The notes under the pieces: model-generated
Told to the model about the DNA's origin: nothing
The model's database searches: none
What the model saw: the letters and a program-made list of their open reading frames with translations, nothing else
Part shown: positions 56,801 to 64,000 of the stretch, piece after piece
Layout of the letters: each line of letters opens with the position of its first letter
Numbering within the stretch: the stretch's first letter is position 1
NCBI GenBank assembly: GCA_024711205.1
Contig: JANJTH010000829.1
Coordinates: forward strand, 3,309-67,308
Source: Planctomycetota bacterium
GTDB lineage: Bacteria > Planctomycetota > J058
DNA: 64,000 bases
Direction: 5' to 3'
Program-made: the position numbers and the translations under genes

Positions 56801-57398
56801 CCAGTGGGCCGGCCAGTTCGAGAACCAGGTCCGCTCGACGGATCGGCTGAGCAAGCTCATCCCGCTCTGCCTGCTCCTCGACTTCGTGCTCCTCTACCTC
56901 GGCTTCGGCCGCTGGTGGGTCGCGCTCCTCGTCTTCTCCGGGATCTTCGTCTCGGCGGCCGGCGGCTTCCTCATGGTCTTCCTGTGGGGAGTCAACATGA
57001 GCGTGGCCGTGTGGGTCGGCTTCATCGCGCTGTTCGGCGTGGCCGAGGACGACGGCGTCGTCATGGGGACGTACTTGACCCAGCTCTTCACCGAGCGCAC
57101 GCCCACCTCCGTCGACGAGGTCCGCGAGGTCGTCGTCGAGGCCGGCCGCAAGCGCATCCGGCCCTGCCTCATGACGATCGCCACGACCGTGATCGGCCTG
57201 ATCCCGGTGTTCCTCACCACGGGCCGCGGCTCGGACGTCATGCAGCCCATGGCGATCCCCTCGGTCGGCGGGATGGCCGTGTCCCTCATCACCTTGTTCA
57301 TCGTGCCCTGCATCTACTCGTGGGTCGAAGAGGCGCGCGTGCGCCGTCGTCTCTCGAGCGGGGCCCAGCCTGCGTCGCCCGTCGAGGCGCAGGCCTGA
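53865..57398 (+). CDS. cusA: Cu(I)/Ag(I) efflux RND transporter (CusA family)
   Basis: GTG start with a GGGGAG ribosome-binding site. '[32 protein letters not shown]...[28 protein letters not shown]' is the CusA consensus. 1177 aa. Confidence 0.95.
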   Translation: [1177 protein letters not shown]

Positions 57399-57460
57399 AG
57401 CCAGACGGCCGCCCTGCTCCAGGCGGCCCGCAGATCCAACCGGAGCGAAGGAAGCTCAGC

Positions 57461-58135
57461 ATGAAGACGTTCTTCAAGTCGGCCGCGCTGTTCAGCGTGG
57501 CCATCTCGATCGCGGTGGCCCAGGACGCCGCGCCCGCCGCTGCGCCCGGCCCGCACGGCGGCGTCGTCCGGCCCGTCGGTGACATGAAGGTGGAGGTCGT
57601 GATCGATCGCGAGGGCGTGCACGTGTTCGCCGTGAACGCCCAGGACCAGGCCGTGGAGCTGAAGGACGCCGCGGGCAAGGTCGAGGTCCGGCAGGAGGGC
57701 GCGGAGCCGAAGGCCGCGGACCTGCGCCAGGCGGGCGGCCGCGGGCCGTCGCGCCTCCAGGGCCGCGTCGACCTCGCGCGCGTGCCGGAGACGCCGACCA
57801 CGACCGTGCGCGTGGAGCTCACGAACCTGCCGGGCCGCACCGAGCCCGCGACGATCGAGCTGCCCTTCCGCCTGGCTCGCCTGATCGAGTACGTCTGTCC
57901 GATGGCCTGCGTCCCGGCCCAGGCCGAGGCGGGGAAGTGCAGCCGCTGCAAGATGGACCTCGTGGCCGCGCCGTTCATCTACGCCTGCCCCATGCACCCC
58001 GAGGTCACCTCGCGCCAGGCGACCGACAAGTGCTGGACCTGCAAGATGCGCCTCGAGAAGAAGTCCGAGAGCCAGCAGGGCGGCCACGGCGCGGGCGGCG
58101 GTCACGGCGGCGGCGGTGGCGGTCACCGTCACTAG
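57461..58135 (+). CDS. Secreted protein with two HMBD-like CPM...C..CKM motifs and a Gly/His-rich C-terminus (periplasmic Cu-binding accessory)
   Basis: Ribosome-binding site GGAGCGAAGGAAG. Signal peptide 'MKTFFKSAALFSVAISIAVAQ'. 'YVCPMACVPAQAEAGKCSRCKMDLV', 'YACPMHPEVTSRQATDKCWTCKMRL'. Ends 'GGHGAGGGHGGGGGGHRH'. Confidence 0.7.
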   Translation: MKTFFKSAALFSVAISIAVAQDAAPAAAPGPHGGVVRPVGDMKVEVVIDREGVHVFAVNAQDQAVELKDAAGKVEVRQEGAEPKAADLRQAGGRGPSRLQGRVDLARVPETPTTTVRVELTNLPGRTEPATIELPFRLARLIEYVCPMACVPAQAEAGKCSRCKMDLVAAPFIYACPMHPEVTSRQATDKCWTCKMRLEKKSESQQGGHGAGGGHGGGGGGHRH

Positions 58136-58289
58136 GTCGGCCTCTGCGGGAGCCCTCCGGCGCCTCAGGCGCCGGAGGGTTCGGGCCCTCCAGCCATGGG
58201 CGATGAACCCGATCCGGGACGGATCGCACGGAGCCACCTGAGCTTGTGGCTGGTCTCCTGCGTGCCCTGTGGGGACCGAGGAGCGCACC

Positions 58290-59150
58290 ATGCTTCGTAC
58301 ACATTCGGTCACGCTCGCCGTGCTGGTCGGGGTCGCCCTCTCCTCGAGCGTCGCGCTCGCCGACCACCTCTCCTACTCGCTCCGGGTGACCGCCTCGCCG
58401 AACCCGGCAGTGGGCGCGTCGAGCCGGGTCTACCTGCGCGTCCTGAAGCAGAACGGCTCGGTCGTGCGGCAGTTCGACGACCTGCACACCCAGCCCATGC
58501 ACCTGATCGCCGTGAGCCAGGACCTGGCCGACTTCCAGCACGTCCACCCGCGCCTCTCGCCGCTAGGGTACCTGTCGACGCAGCTCCGCTTCTCGCGTCC
58601 CGCGCCCTACACGCTCTTCGCGGAGTACGACCCGGCCGGAGCGGCGGGCGAGCGCACGAGCCGCCATGTGCTCCGACCCAGTGGTTCCCAGCCGGCCCCC
58701 GCGCAGCTGGACGGCTCGGTGGCGTTCGATGGCGAGCTGACGAGGCGCATGACCGTCGGCTCGACGAGGGTCTCGCTCGTGGGCGCGATGACGAACCGTC
58801 TGCGCGCAGGCGTCGCGTCGTCGATCCACTTGCAGGTCGACGACACCGGCGGAGCGCCCGTGGCCCTCGAGAACTACATGGGCATGCCCGCCCACGCGAT
58901 CGTCGTCTCGCAGGACCTGCGCGACTTCCTCCACCTGCACGGCATGCCGGCCGGTACGCATGGCGGCATGACCGGCGCGGTGCACGGTGGCCACCATGGG
59001 GGGCACGGGACGCCGCCGCCGTCGACCGGAGCGGTGGCGCACCTCTCGATCGATGTGAAGTTCCCGCGCGCCGGCCTCCACAAGCTCTGGGTCCAGGTCC
59101 AGCGCGCCGGCCGGGCGATCACGGTGCCGTTCGTGGTGCGCGTCGAGTAA
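58290..59150 (+). CDS. Secreted paralogue of 45552..46370 (His/Met-motif putative metal-binding protein)
   Basis: GAGGAG ribosome-binding site 6 nt upstream. Signal peptide. Motifs 'MHLIAVSQDLADFQHVHPRL', 'YMGMPAHAIVVSQDLRDFLHLHGMP', 'GLHKLWVQVQRAGRAITVPFVVRV'. Confidence 0.65.
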   Translation: MLRTHSVTLAVLVGVALSSSVALADHLSYSLRVTASPNPAVGASSRVYLRVLKQNGSVVRQFDDLHTQPMHLIAVSQDLADFQHVHPRLSPLGYLSTQLRFSRPAPYTLFAEYDPAGAAGERTSRHVLRPSGSQPAPAQLDGSVAFDGELTRRMTVGSTRVSLVGAMTNRLRAGVASSIHLQVDDTGGAPVALENYMGMPAHAIVVSQDLRDFLHLHGMPAGTHGGMTGAVHGGHHGGHGTPPPSTGAVAHLSIDVKFPRAGLHKLWVQVQRAGRAITVPFVVRVE

Positions 59151-59235
59151 GCGATCCCGGCGAGCGGGGGGGAAGGACACGCCCTGAGCCTCGAGAGCGC
59201 TGTCGATTCCGTCCGGGTCCGTGCACACTGACCGT

Positions 59236-59781
59236 ATGGCGAAGAAGGCCGAGCAGACGCTCGAGACCCTGCTGGCGAACCACGATCGGTTCCTGCGCTT
59301 CCTCGAGCCGCGCGCCGGCAGCCGGGAGGCCGCCGAGGACGTGCTGCAGGCGGCGTTCGTGAAGGGCCTCACGAAGGCCCAGGACATCCAGGACGGCGAG
59401 AGCGCGGTCGCCTGGTTCTACCGGCTGCTCCGCAACGCCCTGATCGACCACCACCGGCGGCGCGCCGCGGAGAAGCGCCGGCTCGAGGTCCACGCGAGCG
59501 GCCTCTCCGAGGCGGACGAAGACGAGGCGCTGCGCGAGACCGTGTGCGAGTGCATGGGCGAGCTGATCCCGCTGCTCAAGCCCGAGTACGCGACCGTCCT
59601 GCGGCGGGCCGAGCTCGAGGGCGCGTCGCTCCAGACGGTCGCAGGCGAGCTCGGGATCACGGCGAACAACGCGGGCGTGCGGCTCCATCGCGCCCGCGCC
59701 GCCTTGAAGAAGAAGCTGGAGGACGCCTGCGGGACCTGCACGGAGCACGGCTGCCTGCGCTGCTCCTGCGCCGAGGGCTGA
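59236..59781 (+). CDS. ECF sigma factor with a C-terminal Cys-rich extension (CorE-like, putatively direct metal-sensing)
   Basis: Sigma-70 region 2 'AEDVLQAAFVKGL...AWFYRLLRNALIDHHRRR'. Region 4 'LRRAELEGASLQTVAGELGITANNAGVRLHRARAAL'. Ends 'CECMGE...ACGTCTEHGCLRCSCAEG'. Confidence 0.75.
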   Translation: MAKKAEQTLETLLANHDRFLRFLEPRAGSREAAEDVLQAAFVKGLTKAQDIQDGESAVAWFYRLLRNALIDHHRRRAAEKRRLEVHASGLSEADEDEALRETVCECMGELIPLLKPEYATVLRRAELEGASLQTVAGELGITANNAGVRLHRARAALKKKLEDACGTCTEHGCLRCSCAEG

Positions 59782-59788
59782 CCGCTGC

Positions 59789-60442
59789 TCAGCGCGACGA
59801 GCCGGGCGTCGACTGGCGGCGGAGCAGCACGCACTCGACGTAGTGAGCGGCGGTGCACGCGCCCGTGTGGTGGTGGGCGCAGACGTCGCGGAGCGACGTG
59901 ACGCGCTCCGACGCCCCATGGAGGGACGGGTCGAGCGGGGACGCGTCGCCCTGGAGCTGGCGCAGGCATGGCTCACCGAGAGGTTCGCCGCCGGCGACCG
60001 AGAGCAGGGTGTCCGTCGCCGCGACCCGGACGTTGACGTCCTGGTCCGAGCTGGCCGCCTGCTTCAGGATCCGCAGCTCCTCGGCCGTGAGCGGCGCGTC
60101 GGCGGGGCGGCACACGCGCAGCGCGTAGGCGGCGGTCGTTCGACCCTGCGCCGTCGCGCCCTCCTCGAGCTCCTCGCGCGCCACGGCGAGCGGGTCGCCC
60201 AGGATCACGCTCTGCGGTCCGCAGACGTCCCCGGCCTCGAGCCGCGAGCGCGCGCGCCACCTGCTGAGGATCGGCGTCAACACGCAGGGCAGCACGATGA
60301 GCGAGAGGACGACGAACGCCGACCGCGGCCAGCGGCGGATCCCCGCCCCGCTCTCGGCGCTCCGGGCCGGCGGGCGATGGTCGAACTTCTTCGGGACCAC
60401 GGGGTGGTCAGGGGCATCTCCGTGTGGTGTCCGTGGACGCAT
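59789..60442 (-). CDS. Hypothetical membrane-anchored protein with a C-terminal Cys/His cluster, convergent to the sigma factor
   Basis: TM helix 'SAFVVLSLIVLPCVLTPILS'. C-terminus 'DVCAHHHTGACTAAHYVEC'. This strand's ORF looks more protein-like than the Arg-rich ORF on the opposite strand. Confidence 0.3.
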   Translation of the reverse strand: MRPRTPHGDAPDHPVVPKKFDHRPPARSAESGAGIRRWPRSAFVVLSLIVLPCVLTPILSRWRARSRLEAGDVCGPQSVILGDPLAVAREELEEGATAQGRTTAAYALRVCRPADAPLTAEELRILKQAASSDQDVNVRVAATDTLLSVAGGEPLGEPCLRQLQGDASPLDPSLHGASERVTSLRDVCAHHHTGACTAAHYVECVLLRRQSTPGSSR

Positions 60443-60630
60443 GCGTCTCCTCCGCCGGAGCGCGGTGCAGCACGTGCTGGACCACAGCCTGCCGGCCTCG
60501 CACCCGCGGGTTCGGTCGTCCGCGTCCCACGCGTGAGACGTCGAGTCATCGAAGCGCGATCGATCCGGCCCTCCCCGCCGCGGTGTAATGAAGCTCGGGG
60601 GGCGGCGTCTGCGGGATCGAGGAGTGACCT

Positions 60631-63039
60631 GTGACCCCGACGAAGACCGATTCCGCTGGCCCTGATCTCGAACACGACTGCTGCGGCGGCCACGGCGCTG
60701 GCAGCGCCCCTGCTCCCGCTTCGCCCGCCCAGGTGCTCGACCCGGTGTGCGGCATGACGATCGACCCCGCGGACGCCGCGGGCACGCACGAGCACGAGGG
60801 GACGAGCTACGCGTTCTGCAGCACCCACTGCCTGAAGGCGTTCGTGGCGAACCCCGAGCGCTACGTGGGTGAGCACGCAGGGCACGAGCACGAGGAGCAC
60901 GCGACGGAGGCGAAGGCCGCGGCGACGGGCACCGAGTACACGTGCCCGATGCACCCGGAGGTCGTGCGCTCCGAACCGGGCCCGTGCCCGCTGTGCGGCA
61001 TGGCGCTCGAGCCGAAGACGATCACGGCCGCGCCCGAGGACGACAGCGAGCTCCGCGACATGACGCGGCGGTTCTGGATCGGCATGGCGCTCACGATCCC
61101 CCTCATGGCGCTGGCCATGTCGGAGATGCTGCCGGGCGCGCCGATCCATCACGCGCTCGGCCGCGCGCTGAACTGGCTCCAGCTCGGTCTCGCCGCGCCA
61201 GTCGTCCTGTGGGGCGGCTGGCCCTTCTTCCAGCGCGGCTGGGCGTCGCTCGCCCACCGCAGCCTGAACATGTTCACGCTGATCGCGCTGGGCACGGGCA
61301 CGGCCTTCATCTACAGCCTCGTCGGCACGCTCTGGCCCGAGGCGTTCCCGCCCTCGGCCCGCGGCCACGGCGGCGTCGTGGCCGTCTACTACGAGGCGGC
61401 CGCGGCGATCACGACCCTCGTGCTCCTGGGCCAGGTCCTCGAGCTGCGGGCTCGGAGCAGCACGAGCAGCGCGATCCGCGCGCTGCTCGGGTTGGCCCCG
61501 AAGACCGCGCGCCGGGTCGGGGCGACCGGCGACGAGGACGTGCCGCTCGAGCACGTGCAGAAGGGCGATCGGCTGCGCGTCCGGCCGGGCGAGAAGGTCC
61601 CCGTCGACGGCAAGCTGCTCGAAGGGTCGAGCACCGTGGACGAGTCCATGGTCACGGGCGAGCCGATTCCCGTGGAAAAGCAGCCCGGCGACTCGGTGAC
61701 TGGCGGCACGATCAACGGCAACGGCTCGTTCGTGCTGCGCGCCGAGCGCGTCGGCAACGAGACGTTGCTCGCGGAGATCGTGCGCCGCGTGAGCGAGGCT
61801 CAGCGCAGCCGCGCGCCGATCCAGCGCCTCGTCGACCAGGTGTCCGCCTGGTTCGTCCCCGCCGTGATCGCGATCGCGGCGCTGACCTTCGTCGCGTGGT
61901 GGAACCTCGGCCCCGAGCCGCGCCTCTCGAACGCGCTGCTCGCGGCCGTGGCCGTGCTCGTGATCGCCTGCCCCTGCGCGCTGGGCCTCGCCACGCCCAT
62001 GAGCGTCATGGTCGGCACCGGCCGCGGCGCGCTGGCCGGCGTGCTCGTGCGCGACGCGCGGGCCCTCGAGCAGCTCGGGCAGGTCGACACGGTCCTCGTC
62101 GACAAGACCGGCACGCTCACCGAGGGCAAGCCGCGCCTGGCCTCGCTCACGCCGGCCGCCGGCCAGGATCCACTCGAGCTGCTCGGGCTCGCGGCCGCGC
62201 TCGAGCGGCCGAGCGAGCACCCGCTCGCCGCCGCGGTCCTCGCGGCCGCGGCCGAGCGCGGCGCGCCCTCGCTCGAGGCGACCGGGTTCCTCGCGGTCCC
62301 CGGGAAGGGCGTCACGGGCCGCGTGGCCGACCGCGCCGTCGCGCTCGGGAACGCCGCCCTGCTCTCGGAGCTCGGCGTCGAGCCCGGCCCCCTGGGGCCG
62401 AGGAGCGACGAGCTCCGCGCGGCCGGCCAGACGGTCGTGTTCGTCGCCGCCGACGGGAGGGTGATCGGCCTGGTCGGCGTCGCCGACCCGATCAAGCCGT
62501 CGACGCCCGAGGCGCTGTCCCTCCTCCGCGAGGCGGGCGTGAAGGTGGTCATGCTCACCGGCGACGCGCGCTCCACGGCCGAGGCCGTCGCGCGGGAGCT
62601 CGGGATCGAGGAGGTGCGGGCCGAGGTCCGCCCCGAGGGGAAGGCCGAGGTCGTGGACGAGCTCCGCCGCACCGGCCGCGTGGTCGCCATGGCCGGCGAC
62701 GGCGTGAACGACGCCCCCGCGCTGGCCGCTGCCCACGTCGGGATCGCCATGGGCACGGGCACGGACGTCGCGGTCGAGAGCGCCGCGATCACCCTCGTCC
62801 GCGGCGACCTCCGCGGGATCGCGCGGGCACGGCGCCTGAGCCAGCAGACGATGAGGAACATCCGCCAGAACCTCGTCCTCGCCTTCGCCTACAACGTGCT
62901 CGCCATCCCGGTCGCGGCCGGCGTGCTCTACCCGGCCTTCGGCCTCCTCCTGAGTCCGATGATCGCCAGCGCGGCCATGAGCCTGAGCTCGGTCTCGGTG
63001 ATCGCCAACGCGCTGCGGCTGCGGAAGGTCGAGCTGTAG
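60631..63039 (+). CDS. copA: Copper-translocating P1B-type ATPase with N-terminal YHS/TRASH and HMBD domains
   Basis: GTG start with a GGAG ribosome-binding site. '[36 protein letters not shown]' is YHS-like. '[26 protein letters not shown]' is an HMBD. 'CPC' in '[12 protein letters not shown]'. 'DKTGTLT', '[10 protein letters not shown]'. Confidence 0.9.
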   Translation: MTPTKTDSAGPDLEHDCCGGHGAGSAPAPASPAQVLDPVCGMTIDPADAAGTHEHEGTSYAFCSTHCLKAFVANPERYVGEHAGHEHEEHATEAKAAATGTEYTCPMHPEVVRSEPGPCPLCGMALEPKTITAAPEDDSELRDMTRRFWIGMALTIPLMALAMSEMLPGAPIHHALGRALNWLQLGLAAPVVLWGGWPFFQRGWASLAHRSLNMFTLIALGTGTAFIYSLVGTLWPEAFPPSARGHGGVVAVYYEAAAAITTLVLLGQVLELRARSSTSSAIRALLGLAPKTARRVGATGDEDVPLEHVQKGDRLRVRPGEKVPVDGKLLEGSSTVDESMVTGEPIPVEKQPGDSVTGGTINGNGSFVLRAERVGNETLLAEIVRRVSEAQRSRAPIQRLVDQVSAWFVPAVIAIAALTFVAWWNLGPEPRLSNALLAAVAVLVIACPCALGLATPMSVMVGTGRGALAGVLVRDARALEQLGQVDTVLVDKTGTLTEGKPRLASLTPAAGQDPLELLGLAAALERPSEHPLAAAVLAAAAERGAPSLEATGFLAVPGKGVTGRVADRAVALGNAALLSELGVEPGPLGPRSDELRAAGQTVVFVAADGRVIGLVGVADPIKPSTPEALSLLREAGVKVVMLTGDARSTAEAVARELGIEEVRAEVRPEGKAEVVDELRRTGRVVAMAGDGVNDAPALAAAHVGIAMGTGTDVAVESAAITLVRGDLRGIARARRLSQQTMRNIRQNLVLAFAYNVLAIPVAAGVLYPAFGLLLSPMIASAAMSLSSVSVIANALRLRKVEL

Positions 63040-63132
63040 GCGTCACGCGCGCAGGACACCGTCATGCGCACGTGACGGAGGGCCGCGTGCAGCTGCGCGA
63101 AACGCCGGCACCGTGATTGCAGTTGCAGGGGC

Positions 63133-64000
63133 ATGAGCTCGAACCTCTCCGCGCCTGCCCACGCGCTCGACGCCGACGCCGTCGCGCGTGGGCTCGCCAC
63201 CGACCCGATGCGCGGCCTCGCCCCCGACGCCGCCCGCGCGCGGCTGGCAGAGCTCGGGCCGAACGAGCTGACCGAGGAGCCGCCGGCGCCCGCGTGGCGG
63301 CGCTTCGTGGCCCAGCTCAACCAGCTCGTGGTGTGGATCCTCCTCGGGGCGGCCGCGATCGCGGCGGCGACCGGCGAGTGGACGGACGCGGGCGCGATCC
63401 TGGCGATCGTCCTGCTCAACGCGTTCCTGGGCTTCGTCCAGGAGGAGCGCGCCGAGCGGGCGCTCGCGGCGCTGCAGAAGATCGCCGCGCCCCAGGCGCG
63501 CGTCGTGCGCGGCGGCGCGGACGCCATCGTCGGCGCCAGCGACCTCGTCCCGGGCGACGTGGTCAGGATCGAGGCCGGCGACCGCGTCCCGGCGGACGCG
63601 CGACTCGTCGAGGCCTTCGGCCTGCGCGTCGACGAGGCGCTCCTCACGGGCGAGTCGGTCCCGGTGGACAAGGAGGCGCGGGGAGCGCTCGACGCGGCGG
63701 CTCCGCTCGCGACGCGGTCGAACATGCTCCACGCGGGGACCATGGCCGTGGCCGGGACCGCGCGCGCGGTCATCGTCGCCACGGGCATGTCGAGCGAGCT
63801 CGGCCGAATCGCCGGGCTCATGCACAGGCAGGAGCGCGAGCCCACGCCGTTGCAGAAGAAGCTCGAGGAGCTGGGCAGGGCGCTCCTGGGGGTGTGCCTG
63901 GTCGTGGGCGCGGCGGTCTTCGCGCTCGAGTGGTGGCGGGAGGGTCACCCCGGCGACGCGCTCCTCCTGTCGATCAGCCTCGCGGTCGCGGCCGTGCCCG
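63133..64000 (+). CDS. Cation-transporting P-type ATPase (P2/P3-like), 5' part only; runs off the window end
   Basis: 'LAELGPNELTEE' N-terminus. Two TM helices. Actuator motif 'DEALLTGESVPV'. 'PTPLQKKL'. No stop codon before nt 64000. Confidence 0.8.
   Translation, partial: MSSNLSAPAHALDADAVARGLATDPMRGLAPDAARARLAELGPNELTEEPPAPAWRRFVAQLNQLVVWILLGAAAIAAATGEWTDAGAILAIVLLNAFLGFVQEERAERALAALQKIAAPQARVVRGGADAIVGASDLVPGDVVRIEAGDRVPADARLVEAFGLRVDEALLTGESVPVDKEARGALDAAAPLATRSNMLHAGTMAVAGTARAVIVATGMSSELGRIAGLMHRQEREPTPLQKKLEELGRALLGVCLVVGAAVFALEWWREGHPGDALLLSISLAVAAVP

Noticed and set aside
59843-60634. 263-aa plus ORF overlapping the membrane protein at 59789..60442
   Set aside because: Arg-rich low-complexity. 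The minus-strand ORF has a TM helix and a more protein-like composition, though it is itself low-confidence.
60277-62736. 819-aa minus ORF antisense to copA; also 62928..63948 minus ORFs antisense to the partial ATPase
   Set aside because: Sense strands carry CPC, DKTGT and TGES P-type ATPase motifs.
1-64000. Search for CRISPR arrays, tRNA/rRNA genes, integrases, transposases or IS inverted repeats
   Set aside because: No regularly spaced direct repeats. No cloverleaf-like conserved tRNA stretches in the few low-GC intergenic regions (e.g. 12680-12985). No recombinase or transposase motifs in any frame. Any mobility of the island must rely on elements outside this window or be ancient.

Overview
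The window is 64 kb of very GC-rich (~70-73%) chromosomal DNA, Myxococcota-like in style (Anaeromyxobacter/Sorangium-type is a guess from composition). Most of it is a ~55 kb heavy-metal homeostasis supercluster. It is bracketed at the left end by an intact hemB and at the right end by two P-type ATPases (a CopA-type Cu+ pump and a partial P2/P3-type ATPase).

I can support: four heavy-metal RND efflux systems (czcBAC, czcCBA, an MFP-RND pair with no adjacent outer-membrane factor, and cusCBA), a Zn/Cd-type P1B ATPase with an overlapping OmpR-family response regulator, a chromate transporter (chrA), a YejM-like sulfatase-family membrane protein, a mercury-type MerR followed by a MerT fusion and a YHS/PDZ protein on the same strand, a CorE-like ECF sigma factor with a Cys-rich tail, many small His- or Cys-rich secreted proteins, a truncated and a full fpg paralogue in inverted orientation about 37 kb apart, and a large orphan SF2 helicase in lower-GC DNA.

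The most unusual signals are these:
(1) an HMA (MerP/CopZ-like) periplasmic protein in which both metal-binding Cys codons are in-frame TGA, followed by a GC-rich hairpin. This is a candidate double-selenocysteine metal-binding protein.
(2) a tandem WCxxHxLPExxCxxCNP mini-zinc-ribbon repeat, apparently undescribed, with six copies in the N-terminus of a membrane fusion protein and two copies as a stand-alone lipoprotein just after the pump.
(3) a mer-like operon with a leaderless merR, a perfect 16-bp palindromic operator, and a MerT fused to a cytoplasmic Cys-rich domain, with no merA.
(4) an orphan ~1100-aa helicase with a possible nuclease tail, a candidate single-gene defence protein.

Many long ORFs in the six-frame track are antisense artefacts of the high GC content and were rejected. 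I found no rRNA, tRNA, CRISPR array or integrase.
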